Below are positions 46,505 to 56,716 of a DNA stretch of 64,000 nucleotides, one piece after another; positions within the stretch are counted from its first letter, which is position 1; the number at the start of each line of letters is the position of its first letter. The DNA lies in the IMG/VR virus record IMGVR_UViG_3300018080_000104, positions 131,454-195,453 of that record, one strand, 5' to 3'. Below the pieces are notes generated by a model. The model had not been told where the DNA came from, did not search any database, and saw only the letters and a list, made by a program, of their open reading frames with translations. The translations under genes were made by a program, and so were the position numbers. This DNA comes from a virus (taxonomy: Duplodnaviria; Heunggongvirae; Uroviricota; Caudoviricetes).

Positions 46505-47506
46505 CTACGCTCCGCTCCTTCCGGCACGGTACTCTCTTTCAATCCATGCATAGGTTTTGCGGAGTCCTTCGCTGAACGGTGTACTTGGCTCCCAGCCCAA
46601 TATCTGCCGGATCATCGTATTGTCGCTGTTGCGTCCGGCAACACCGCGAGGTGCATCAGGTTCGTATTCCTTGGTAAGCTCGACTTCGCCGATTTCACAG
46701 GCCAAATCGACCAGGGAGTTGACCGATATCAGCTCCGAAGAGCCAAGATTGATCGGCGTAGCGATCAAAGCCTTGCAATGCATAATTTTGTTGATGCCGT
46801 TGATGCAGTCATCGATGTACATATAGCTGCGATTCTGCGTACCGTCGCCCCAAACTTTAACGGTATGGTCACCGGTCGCTTTGGCATGAATCACCTTACG
46901 GCAAATCGCCGCCGGCGCTTTTTCTCTGCCGCCATCCCAAGTACCGCGTGGTCCGTACACGTTGTGGAAACGGGCGATGTGTGTTTCCAGCCCGCGCTCT
47001 TTCCAGTATTCTTGGCACATGATCTCGGAAAATAGCTTTTCCCAGCCGTAGCCTCGTTCGGCATTGGCAGGATAGGCGTCGGATTCCTTTAACGCTCTGC
47101 AGTTAGGATCTTGTTGCAGATCGATATTGTAAGCGCAGGCCGACGACGAATAGAAATACCGCTGTACGCCGGCCTTGTACGCGGCTTCCAGCATGTGGGT
47201 ATTGATCAGCACACTTTGCATGCACGCACAGCGGAATCGCTCGATAAAGCCCATCCCGCCCATATCGCAAGCAAGCTGATAGACTTCAGTTGCATTGCGG
47301 CAGGCATATTCACACGCCGCGCGGTTTGCCAGATCCATGCAAATCGCTTCGACGCCGTTCGTCCGTTGATACCACTGGCAGAGTGGTTTTTTGTCGACAG
47401 CCCGTATTTTAGTCAATGGTCCGTATTGCTGCTGCAACCATTTCACTAGATGCCCACCGATAAAACCGCCAGCGCCACACACTACAATAGTTTTTGCTAA
47501 TGGCAT
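46505..47506 (-). CDS. NAD-dependent sugar-nucleotide epimerase (GDP-mannose-3,5-epimerase-like SDR).
   Basis: Rossmann motif VVCGAGGFIGGHL, catalytic-region block ACDMGGMGFI, and SSSACAY, FHNVYGPRGTW, GGREKAPAAICRK blocks. SD AAAGGAGtaacaattATG. Confidence 0.75.
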   Translation of the reverse strand: MPLAKTIVVCGAGGFIGGHLVKWLQQQYGPLTKIRAVDKKPLCQWYQRTNGVEAICMDLANRAACEYACRNATEVYQLACDMGGMGFIERFRCACMQSVLINTHMLEAAYKAGVQRYFYSSSACAYNIDLQQDPNCRALKESDAYPANAERGYGWEKLFSEIMCQEYWKERGLETHIARFHNVYGPRGTWDGGREKAPAAICRKVIHAKATGDHTVKVWGDGTQNRSYMYIDDCINGINKIMHCKALIATPINLGSSELISVNSLVDLACEIGEVELTKEYEPDAPRGVAGRNSDNTMIRQILGWEPSTPFSEGLRKTYAWIEREYRAGRSGA

Positions 47507-47551
47507 AATTGTTACTCCTTTTCTATAAAAACTGTGAATGGAACGGCTACG

Positions 47552-48013
47552 TTATTGCAGCCATTTGTCGACGGCATTGCGCCAATTGAGGATTGCTTGT
47601 TCCTGTTTTGGCGTCCACCGATTCAGCTTGATTACCGTCTGACCGACCGACTGTGCAGATTCGGCCACATCCTCCAGGAACGCAGCGCCGGCCGGTTTCG
47701 CTGCCGCTGCCCCCGTGGCATCATCGACCAGCATATCGATAAACGACACAATCTCGTCAATGTTTTTGAACTCCGGCAGCTCCTTTTGCTGGCCCAGCAA
47801 ACTCAGCGATTGTTGTGCCGCCGGCGGTTGCTGCGACGGTGCCTGCGGAACAGCCACAGTCTCGTCTGCCGCTGCAAGCAGGCCTGCTCTTTCCAGCGCT
47901 GCCGCAATTTCGCTAGATATCTCCGGCACGTCTGCGCTGATAAGCGTGATTTTATGCAGCATTCTGTTAGCTATTGCCTGCTGGATGACCTCTATCGTCC
48001 GCGTATTTGGCAT
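47552..48013 (-). CDS. Hypothetical protein, 153 aa.
   Basis: SD GGGAGcataaataATG. Confidence 0.45.
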   Translation of the reverse strand: MPNTRTIEVIQQAIANRMLHKITLISADVPEISSEIAAALERAGLLAAADETVAVPQAPSQQPPAAQQSLSLLGQQKELPEFKNIDEIVSFIDMLVDDATGAAAAKPAGAAFLEDVAESAQSVGQTVIKLNRWTPKQEQAILNWRNAVDKWLQ

Positions 48014-48070
48014 TATTTATGCTCCCAGTTCTGTGAATTGTCTGTCGGCAGACAAATACTGCCCAGCGCA

Positions 48071-48328
48071 TCATTGTTCAGCAGCTGTAGATTGGCGCCT
48101 CCACGTTAGAGTACGTCGATGCTGATCGTATTCCCACCGTCCGGGAACCTGTAGATGATCGTGGGCCACTCCCAGGCAGTCCACACTATATTCGAGCCCG
48201 TTTTCCTGCAACGCCTCCCGCAGAGCATTGCCGTTGGAATGCTCCGATAGGCGATCCATCAGCTCGACGGTATGATCAATCCAGTGGCTAATTTGCCGTA
48301 TGAGTTTGATTAGTTCGCCGTCCGTCAT
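48071..48328 (-). CDS. Hypothetical protein, 85 aa.
   Basis: SD AAGGTGGAGaatagtaATG. Confidence 0.45.
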   Translation of the reverse strand: MTDGELIKLIRQISHWIDHTVELMDRLSEHSNGNALREALQENGLEYSVDCLGVAHDHLQVPGRWEYDQHRRTLTWRRQSTAAEQ

Positions 48329-48685
48329 TACTATTCTCCACCTTTATTTTGCGTATCTTCCCATACGGCAGCCCCAACACTTACAGGCAAACATATCCCC
48401 AGGGCTATGTCCCGTTTGTCAGTCATCTGATTCCTGGCAGTGGTATAGGGCAACAATGATTTACTAGTCTGTCGCATCGTCTTCTCTTTTCCTGTTTGCG
48501 TAATGTTGATATGCCCGGCAATCTAGAGTTGAACGAACGGCGTCCGGACCCCGCAGAAAGCTTGACGGCGCATCTGAGAATTCTGCCGTACAAACAGCGA
48601 ATTTGATGCTAGATATGCTATTCATCGGACTCTCCTAGCAGTCCGAAGTATAGCAGGCGCGACTGTTGCAGTCAACGCGCCGGAG

Positions 48686-49549
48686 TCAACTGGCTCTGTG
48701 CCGAATATATTCGGCAACCCGCCTGTGCAATGAAGGCTTTTTGCTGCTCCATCGCAGACCCTCGCCGGCCACGACTTTGACGTCTTTGCTAGGATTATAA
48801 TCCCGTAGAAGCAAATGCCGCGTACCGCATCCGCGGCCGTCACGGCGTCCGTGCGACTGAAAAATTGCCGTACATTGTACATAATCTATTCGTTTGGCAA
48901 CCGCTTTCTGCCACCTTTTGGCCCATAGCATCAGATTCTGCTGCATCTCCAACGAATAGCCCCAATCACGGTATGTTTCGACCATTGATTGGGGATCAAA
49001 CATGCCTGCATAATGCACAGCATCTCCGCTACCCACAATACACCGTTGATATAGTCCGGGCTTCTTGATGATGTCGGCATGGTAACCCCAGACACCGCCG
49101 CTGGTAACGCGTTTGAGTTTGCCGTCGCGTTTCCATGCAGCCACGGCGCCTGTGCCGACTAACGTTCGCTCGTCGCCGATGGATCGCAGACGACCAAAGC
49201 ATTGGATTGCCTTATTGACGTTCAACAGCATGGATGCCCGCTGTAACCACCCTTTGCGGCGAATCAGACAATCGCCGTCCATGCAAACGATCTTTTTGTA
49301 GCCGCGCTTGATGAGCATTTCGCAACCGATTTGCATCAGCCGCTCTTTCTGCCACAAGACGTCGCCGGGCACAATATGCGAAATGCTGCCAAGATCGGCC
49401 GTACAGACGTGCCCCATATCACACTCGACGATCAACACTTGTTTTGCATCGCAGCTGCCCAGCTCGTCAAGTGTTTTTCGCAGATTCTCGTTTCGCCGCG
49501 GCGATGGCCCGGCGGCGAAGAAAGGGATACAAACGCCAACGTCTTTCAT
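48686..49549 (-). CDS. Glycosyltransferase-like protein (GT-A-like, DxD-type CMDGDC).
   Basis: SD AAGGAAGccatacATG. Assignment is weak; based on motif and neighbouring genes. Confidence 0.35.
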   Translation of the reverse strand: MKDVGVCIPFFAAGPSPRRNENLRKTLDELGSCDAKQVLIVECDMGHVCTADLGSISHIVPGDVLWQKERLMQIGCEMLIKRGYKKIVCMDGDCLIRRKGWLQRASMLLNVNKAIQCFGRLRSIGDERTLVGTGAVAAWKRDGKLKRVTSGGVWGYHADIIKKPGLYQRCIVGSGDAVHYAGMFDPQSMVETYRDWGYSLEMQQNLMLWAKRWQKAVAKRIDYVQCTAIFQSHGRRDGRGCGTRHLLLRDYNPSKDVKVVAGEGLRWSSKKPSLHRRVAEYIRHRAS

Positions 49550-49572
49550 GGTATGGCTTCCTTACCAAATAA

Positions 49573-50148
49573 TTACTTCTTGCCAGGGCTCCTCCTGGTA
49601 TTGTGCTTCGTTTTGAACGTCCTCATAGCCTCAGCAAAATTGCCTTGGCAGCCGGCCCATTTCCAAAATTGCGCAAAATGCTCCGGATGGTCGATATCGA
49701 CCGTCATGTATTGTCTTGCGCTGCCGTCCAATTTTGGCGACCGCAAAAAGATTTTGATCAGCCCGTTGGATGCCGCAACATATTCGCGGCAGTCGAGCAT
49801 AACATCGCGATCCGGGGATTTAGGCCGCTTCCAGCCCATCCGCATGCTGTTTCGCCAGGCAGAGATGATTTTGGCCGGTTGGTTTACGCAATGCTTGGCG
49901 TGCGACACTGCAACAGCCTCCGGATCCCGGATTAGATGCACATAACGTGCATCTGGATATTTCTCGTCGAGGATGCCGAGAAACCAGGTCAAACGATTGT
50001 TGACTTCGATGTGATTGTCCGGATACCACAGATCATTTCGTAAGCTGGCAGATTCATGCCTTGCCGTATAGTTTGTCGCGTGGCTACATGCTCGTGCCAT
50101 AGTCATCGAGCCACAGCGACCAGTACACAATACGAAAATGTTGTTCAT
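49573..50148 (-). CDS. Stf0-type sulfotransferase.
   Basis: FVLCTGRCGSMTM resembles the Stf0 PAPS loop (CTQRSGST). ATG 50148 follows AAAGGAttgaac. Confidence 0.5.
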   Translation of the reverse strand: MNNIFVLCTGRCGSMTMARACSHATNYTARHESASLRNDLWYPDNHIEVNNRLTWFLGILDEKYPDARYVHLIRDPEAVAVSHAKHCVNQPAKIISAWRNSMRMGWKRPKSPDRDVMLDCREYVAASNGLIKIFLRSPKLDGSARQYMTVDIDHPEHFAQFWKWAGCQGNFAEAMRTFKTKHNTRRSPGKK

Positions 50149-50150
50149 GT

Positions 50151-50822
50151 TCAATCCTTTCTGGCAGGGTCGTCCTTGCGCTTCTGTACTTTGGCACGCA
50201 CAGCTGCCAGCATTTTCATTTTGTTGCCGACTCCCAATGTCCAGTTGGCATGATGCATCACGATATCATCGGGCACATGCAACGGCTGACCTGGCGCCCA
50301 TTTCCGTCGTGGCGACCAAAAGCGATTATCGAGAGTATTGCAGCGGAATTGCCTGCGGATTTTCTTGCGATTAAGTAACTGCTGCTCATTTGTTGTTGCT
50401 GTAACGCGGGCTGCAATCTGCGACCACACATCGTACATAAGGTCGGACGCGCGGCAAATAAAAAAGCCACCACTAAGCCGCGGGCCGTCTCCCCTCCAAC
50501 TTTTTGCCGATTCCGCCACCAAATCATTGCCGTCGATTGCGTTTAACAGTATTTCTACTGTACGACCAAAAAATTGTATGTCGCAGTCCGTCTGTACAAA
50601 AAATTCTTCGCCCTCTTGCTGTGCTACTCGTACAGCTTGCGCCGTCAGCAACGCCCGCTCTCGCATTGTTTCATTGAAACCCTTTGTGCGAAAACGGCCG
50701 CGGGGATCCCGCTGTGGCAGTTGGCCGATAGTCAACGTATATTCCCCGGGTATCAAGGATGGCAGGAAATATTCATCCAGCATCCGTTTGTGGGAGTCGG
50801 TGAAATATACGTAGAGTCGCAT
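50151..50822 (-). CDS. Glycosyltransferase-like protein (TDCDI DxD-like motif).
   Basis: Its start overlaps the stop of the upstream gene (TAATG). Weak assignment. Confidence 0.3.
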   Translation of the reverse strand: MRLYVYFTDSHKRMLDEYFLPSLIPGEYTLTIGQLPQRDPRGRFRTKGFNETMRERALLTAQAVRVAQQEGEEFFVQTDCDIQFFGRTVEILLNAIDGNDLVAESAKSWRGDGPRLSGGFFICRASDLMYDVWSQIAARVTATTNEQQLLNRKKIRRQFRCNTLDNRFWSPRRKWAPGQPLHVPDDIVMHHANWTLGVGNKMKMLAAVRAKVQKRKDDPARKD

Positions 50823-51682
50823 TAGTCTTCAGCCAACTGGTATAAGTGCCCGTATATGTCTTCGGCCGGCATGTCTGGATTCAGACATCGCACGAAATTC
50901 GTCACGTTGGAGTTGCCATGGACAAACACGTCCGACTTGGCCAATAGCCACGCGTCTTTGATGATATCGACGCCCAGAATATACGGATTGAACTTCTTGG
51001 CAAGATGCGGTTCGCCTTTCGCTGGCGTAAATTCGCTCGCGCACACAACGCGGGTGCCATATCGCCTGTTCACTTTATCGATGACTTCGCCGGCATCTGT
51101 AGCTAACAGAATTACGCTGTTCTCTGTTAAATGCTTTTCAACCCGCGCGAAATAAGCCGGATAGCTCGGATGCCCCACTCCGAGCTGATCGCTAAAGTAA
51201 ATAGCGCCGCCGTGGAAACGCAGCGGGCCGCGGAGATGCAGCCCAATGACGTGATGGCCTTCCAAATGCTCTCTGTAGAACATGTCAATGAGCATCACAA
51301 TGTCCTGCCGCAGCTGAATGTGCTCTTTGATCAGGACATGAGCATGCCACGGATCGGTCGGCGGCATCAGGACGTCCGGGCATTTGTATTTTTCACGGTA
51401 CTCCTTCGGCAGCACAGCGCCTCGTGGCGCCACAATTGCCACTTTTGGTTTGCGGAGCAGTTCCATCGACCGATCGCCACGCTTGACAATCTGCCCTTCC
51501 TGTTCTTCCCGCACAAAGAACTGCGGCCAGGCATCCTTGCCTGGTGCCGAATAAAGCCCGCCCTGCCACTTGGGCCATATTCGCCATTCCCGCTGTTCGG
51601 CCAATGCACAGGCATGTACGTAATGGTTTAGATTACAGAACATGCCACTCTTCCCGAGCCTGTAAATGAATAAGCCCGCCAT
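50822..51682 (-). CDS. Fucosyltransferase / GT23-like glycosyltransferase candidate.
   Basis: ATG 51682 (MAGLFIYRLGKSGMFCN...). Weak similarity to the NodZ / O-FucT families. Confidence 0.3.
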   Translation of the reverse strand: MAGLFIYRLGKSGMFCNLNHYVHACALAEQREWRIWPKWQGGLYSAPGKDAWPQFFVREEQEGQIVKRGDRSMELLRKPKVAIVAPRGAVLPKEYREKYKCPDVLMPPTDPWHAHVLIKEHIQLRQDIVMLIDMFYREHLEGHHVIGLHLRGPLRFHGGAIYFSDQLGVGHPSYPAYFARVEKHLTENSVILLATDAGEVIDKVNRRYGTRVVCASEFTPAKGEPHLAKKFNPYILGVDIIKDAWLLAKSDVFVHGNSNVTNFVRCLNPDMPAEDIYGHLYQLAED

Positions 51683-51928
51683 CGTATTTCTCTTTGACAA
51701 GGGGTTGTAGAGTTACGGAATTTCTACAGTCAATGTTACCTGTTTTGGCTGCGGCATGACAATATCACCTTTGATCAATACGGCTGTTTTGAACGGAAAA
51801 GTGTCATATCGATGCATAATAGCCGCATTTTCGACGAATGTAAAGCCGTCTCGCAGCATTTCGGCGACCGTTTTTCGAGCACATCTTTGTCGCTGGTTGC
51901 AAATATTTCGGTATACGGGCCGTCTTCA

Positions 51929-52570
51929 TTATTGCATATCAAGAAATACATTCTTATCTCTCAGCGTCCTGATTGTTTCTACCGCCGCTTCGAGGCTTTG
52001 CACCATGATATCGCTCCGGTTTTTCAGCCAAGGGCTGGGCTTATCGCCTGAAAAGACCGTCACGATCGTTTTATTCAGCATGTATGCCATTTCCACCGCT
52101 ATTGCAGTGCCCCAGCCTGGCCGTGTTGCCATTACCAAAACGATATCGCTTGCTGCGATGCCGGCCTCGTCAAAACTGACGAGTTCTGCTTCCATTTCCG
52201 CTTCGCGACCCCGACAATCCAAATCCATTGGATTGTGATAGTCGTAGTCGTCGCCTAATAGGCACATCGCTTCTTTGCGCCAATCGATGCACTCGGCATC
52301 AGTACATCCTTGGATCGGGCCTTCCAGCGCTATTTGTATCCGTTGCTTGGTTTTATACGGGAATCCATATTTATCCCACTCTGCCAGCCAGCACTGCGCG
52401 CTGTGTACGAGCTTTTCTCTGTCACGCCGCGGGGCTTTGACACGCGTTAGATATCGCAGTATTTGCGATTGCCAATAACCGAAATTATGGTCGCGAGCAT
52501 ATTCGCACGGCTGAATTTTGCCTTGCAAATAGTGCTGCCCGTCTACTTGGCTCTTAAACGGATCGTTCAT
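51929..52570 (-). CDS. DUF3310-like N-terminal domain fused to a nucleoside-2'-deoxyribosyltransferase-like C-terminal domain.
   Basis: SD AGGAGaacagtATG. N-terminal GQHYLQGKIQPCEY...ILRYLTR. C-terminal DIVLVMATRPGWGTAIAVEMAYMLNKTIVTVFSG. Confidence 0.4.
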   Translation of the reverse strand: MNDPFKSQVDGQHYLQGKIQPCEYARDHNFGYWQSQILRYLTRVKAPRRDREKLVHSAQCWLAEWDKYGFPYKTKQRIQIALEGPIQGCTDAECIDWRKEAMCLLGDDYDYHNPMDLDCRGREAEMEAELVSFDEAGIAASDIVLVMATRPGWGTAIAVEMAYMLNKTIVTVFSGDKPSPWLKNRSDIMVQSLEAAVETIRTLRDKNVFLDMQ

Positions 52571-52654
52571 ACTGTTCTCCTAAAGTGTGTTATACCCTGC
52601 TTCGTTTAGCCGCACTACATCGCGCTGTGCCAGCTGCGCAGAGCTAAACGGGGA

Positions 52655-53329
52655 CTATTTCTCCAACTCCCAGACTGCCAAATCGGCCGTGCCGAATGCT
52701 GGACGGAACGCGCCCAGACCGATCGTCGGCGCTCCGGCTTCAAAGAAGCCTTCCATCATGTCTGGCGTGATTACGCTTGCGCGCAGTCTGATCAGCACCT
52801 TAAACACGATGCTCCACGGCAACGGCAAGACCGGGCGGAACAGCTCGACGGGAATGAGACTCCCGCCCTTCTGCACGCGGCCGGCACCGTGATGCACCCA
52901 GATACCGCTTTCCGGATCATGCTTTACACCATCGTCGCGCGTTTTCCAGCCGTGCCATACGACTTGCTTGCCGGCGGAAAGGATCGGAATCTCGGTCGGC
53001 TCGATCTTGACGAATGACAGGATATTCTCTGCGAGCTCCTGTCGCGCGCCCGCCTTCATCCTGCCTTGCGGCCCCCAGCGGTTTACGCAACTGGCGCCTT
53101 TCTGCTTCGCCAAAAATGACAAAATGTTAATATTGGGAATAAACAGCTTCTTGCCGATACCGTCGGCTTCGTCGTGTGCATAAAACCGCCGCTCTGGGTG
53201 TCGGTTGTGCTCCTCTGCAATTTTGGTATCCGTTCCTGCAAACCTGTCGAACATGAGCGGCGAAATACCGCTTAATTCGCATCGATAGGTTTTAATCGTG
53301 TCCTTCGGCTGTCGTCTCTTTGCAGCCAT
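52655..53329 (-). CDS. Hypothetical protein, 224 aa, abutting the repeat array.
   Basis: SD AAAGGAGaaaagATG. Has a truncated paralog inside the array. Confidence 0.55.
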   Translation of the reverse strand: MAAKRRQPKDTIKTYRCELSGISPLMFDRFAGTDTKIAEEHNRHPERRFYAHDEADGIGKKLFIPNINILSFLAKQKGASCVNRWGPQGRMKAGARQELAENILSFVKIEPTEIPILSAGKQVVWHGWKTRDDGVKHDPESGIWVHHGAGRVQKGGSLIPVELFRPVLPLPWSIVFKVLIRLRASVITPDMMEGFFEAGAPTIGLGAFRPAFGTADLAVWELEK

Positions 53330-53681
53330 CTTTTCTCCTTTTTCCTGTTAGTGAAAAACTCGCTCAGAAAAAACTTGCTTTACTTTGCTGTGTTTTTGCT
53401 GTGCTGCACAGTGCTGAGCGCTGCTACGCGCCGCTGCGCTGAACTATGCTAGGCCTAGCTTCGATTTTATTCTATGGTTTTGGCGGTAAAGTATGCTTTG
53501 CATTGCACTGCATTGCATTGCAGCGCTGCGCACGGCTCTGCCTAGCCCGGCTACGATTTCATTCTATGGTTTTGGCGGTAAAGTGTGCTTTGCTTTGCAT
53601 CGCTATGCTTTGCACGGCGTTGCAGAGCTGCACAAGGCTATGCACAGCACAGCTCAGCAGCTGATTCAACTGAATTCTACT

Positions 53682-53918
53682 CTATTGACGTCTTGGCAGC
53701 AACTTTGCCAAAAACGACAAAACGTTAGTACTGAATGTAAGCAGCTTTTTGCCGATACCGCCAGCATCGTTGGCATTGTTGTCGGCCAGAAGGCGCCCCA
53801 GGTGCTTCAGGCGATCCAATTCCCAAAGGTATTCCCATTCAGCAAACCTGTCGTACATGATCGGTGAAATACCGGGTAATTCGCATTGATAGGTTTTATT
53901 GTACGACCCCGTTGGCAT
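53682..53918 (-). pseudogene. Decayed N-terminal paralog of the 52655..53329 gene, embedded in the repeat array.
   Basis: KTYQCELPGISPIMYDRFAE and GIGKKLLTFSTNVLSFLAKL match KTYRCELSGISPLMFDRFAG and GIGKKLFIPNINILSFLAKQ. The same SD context is present, but ATG is changed to ATA with an indel. Truncated at 78 aa. Confidence 0.6.
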
Positions 53919-54913
53919 CTCTTTGCCACTATCTTTTCTCCTTTTGTTAATGCAAGCGCGTTCGAGAAAATATAGTAAAAGTGTGCTTTGCATTGCGCTG
54001 CATCGCCTCGCTGAACTGGGCCGCGCAATGTTGCGATCTGTTTGGTTGTATCCGAACTCTATGCTATTGGTCTCCTGCCAATAAAATGCGCTTTACCATG
54101 CTTTACATTGCACCGCTGGACCAAGCAGTGCTTCATCTCGCTGAGTTGCATTGAACTATAATTCTGTTGGTCGCGATAGTAAAGTACGCTTTGCTTTGCA
54201 TTGCATCGCAGCGCTATGCTTTGCCGCGCCGCGCCGCGCAGAGCCTTGATTATGTTCTGTCGGTCTTGGTAGTAAAGTGTGCTTTGCATTGCTGAGCTTC
54301 GCACGGCTGAGCTAGGCTGAGCCCCGCCGAGCCTCGATTATATTCTGTTGGTCTTGGTAGTAAGTGTGCTTTGCTATGCATTGCTGTGCTGAGCAAAGCA
54401 GTACTCTGCTGGGCTAAGCCTTGCCCGGCAACGATTATGTCCTGTTGGTCTCGGTAGTAAAGTATGCTTCGCTGGGCTTAGCTTTGCTGAGCCCTGCTTT
54501 GCGCAGCGATGCTATGCAGAGCGCAGCCTGGCATTGATTATGTTCTGCTGGTCTTGGTAGTAAAGTGCGCTTCGCTTTGCTGCGCCGAGCTCGGCTGCGC
54601 CTAGCTGGGCTGAGCTAGGCCCAGCTCTTGTTCTGTTGGTCTTGATATAGAGTGTGCTTTGCTTTGCTCTGCATCGCAGCGCATAGCTCTGCGATGCCCT
54701 GCCGGGCCCCGATTATGTTCTGTTGGTCTTGGCAGTAAAGTGTGCTTTGCTTCGCTGAGCATCGCTAGGCAATGCACTGCTATGCTATGCTGAGCCAGAC
54801 TAAGCCGCGATTATGTTCTGTTGATTTTGCAATGGAGTATGCTGCGCTTTGCATTGCTTTGCTTAGCCGGACTCTCTGCCGCGCTCACACCGCGGCAGGT
54901 GGGGAGAAGTCGC

Positions 54914-55099
54914 TTAGGTGTCTGAGATTCGCCGAACTAATTGATCGAGGCTGGTCGCGTGATTCACGAGTCGTCCAATCGCCTTCTTGACAGCCTCGGC
55001 CGATAGACCACTTTCCTCGACGGCTTCGCTACGGAGAAACGTGTAGCGACCACTAGATTGTCGGTCGTCGATCCACTTTTCCAGGGTTGCAGCTGCCAT
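54914..55099 (-). CDS. 61-aa ORF on a unique island inside the array.
   Basis: SD GGAGAcggtgaaATG. Protein MAAATLEKWIDDRQSSGRYTFLRSEAVEESGLSAEAVKKAIGRLVNHATSLDQLVRRISDT. Confidence 0.35.
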   Translation of the reverse strand: MAAATLEKWIDDRQSSGRYTFLRSEAVEESGLSAEAVKKAIGRLVNHATSLDQLVRRISDT

Positions 55100-56716
55100 T
55101 TCACCGTCTCCATGTAGTCTGCACAAAGGGACAGAAAGTATCCCGCTATGCAGACTATTGTACGATATGGATCGATCCGGCGCCGCTTTGCTATGCTATG
55201 CTCTACTAAGCCACGATTATGTTCTGTTGGTCTTGGTAGTAAGTATGCTTTGCTTCGCTGTGCAGCGCTTTGCTGGGCTGAACAGAGCCTAGCCGTGCCG
55301 GGCGCCGATTATGTTCTGTTGGTCTTGGCAGTAAAGTGTGCTTTGCTGCGCTTTGCTGTGCTGTGCTGAGCAGGGCAGTACTTTGCTTCGCTAAGCCCAG
55401 CCCCGATTATGTTCTGTTGGTCTCGGCAGTAAAATATGCTTCGCTGCGCCGAGCCGAGTTGGGCTCCGCCGGGCTCTGCCATGCTGAGCCTGGCCCCGAT
55501 TATGTTCTGTTGGTCTTGGTAGTAAGTGTGCTTTGCTTTGCTGAGCATGGCTAAGCTATACACGGCAATGCTGCGCTACGCTGCGCTTTGCTAGGCCGGG
55601 CAAAGCCTCGCTGCAATTATGTTCTGCTGGTCTTGGTAATAGAGTATGCTTTGCTATGCTTTGCTTCGCTGGGCCCAGCTGGACTATGCAGTGCTGTGCC
55701 TCGCACGGCCTGGCAGCGATTATGTTCTGTTGGTCTTGATAGTAAGTGTGCTTTGCTTTGCTTTGCAGCGCTCTGCTCTGCCACGCCGAGCTACGCGGGG
55801 CTCTGCTGCGCCTAGCCCGGATTATGTTCTGTTGTTTTGGCAGTAGAGTGTGCTCTGCTTTGCAGCGCTGCGCTGGGCCTGGCCGCACTGTGCCTAGCCC
55901 TGATTATGTTCTGCTGGTCTTGGTAGTAAGTATGCTTTGCTACGCTGCGCCACGCTAGACTACGCTAAGCTCGGCTTAGCCAAGCCTCGCCCCGATTATA
56001 TTCTGTTGGTCTTGGTAGTAAAGTGTGCTTTGCTTTGCTGGGCTATGCCTAGCTAGACTACGCTAAGCTCGGCTTAGCCGAGCCGCGCCCCGATTATGTT
56101 CTGTTGGTCTTGGTAGTAAGTGTGCTTTGCTGCGCTGGGCATCGCTCGGCTATGCTGTGCTCTGCTGGGCCCGGCAAAGCCTGGCAGCGATTATGTTCTG
56201 CTGGTCTTGGTAATAAAGTGTGCTTTGTTATGCTTTGCTTCGCTGGGCCCAGCTGGACTACGCAGTGCTGCGCCTCTCGCAGCATGGCAGCGATTATGTT
56301 CTGTTGGTCTTGATAGTAAGTGTGCTTTGCTGCGCTGAGCCAGGCAACGCTACGCTGAGCCGGGCGTTGCTGCGCGGGGCCAAGCTGCGATTATATTCTA
56401 TTGGTCTTGGTTCGCAGCGCTCTGTATGGCTTTGCTGCGCTGAGCGGCGCTCTGCCTGGCACTGATTATGTTCTGTTGGTCTTGGTAATAAAGTGTGCTT
56501 TGCTTCGCTGCGCTGAGCTGAGCATTGCCCTGCTTAGCTATGCCGGGCCCCGATTATGTTCTATTGGTCTTGGTAGTAAAGTATGCTTTGCTTTGCGGCG
56601 CTACGCACGGCTACGCTCCGCCGCGCTCAGCTGAGCCATGCAGCGATTATGTTCTGTTGGTCTTGGTAGTAAGTGTGATTTGCTTTGTCCTGCTTTTGCT
56701 GCCGCTTAACTGGACA

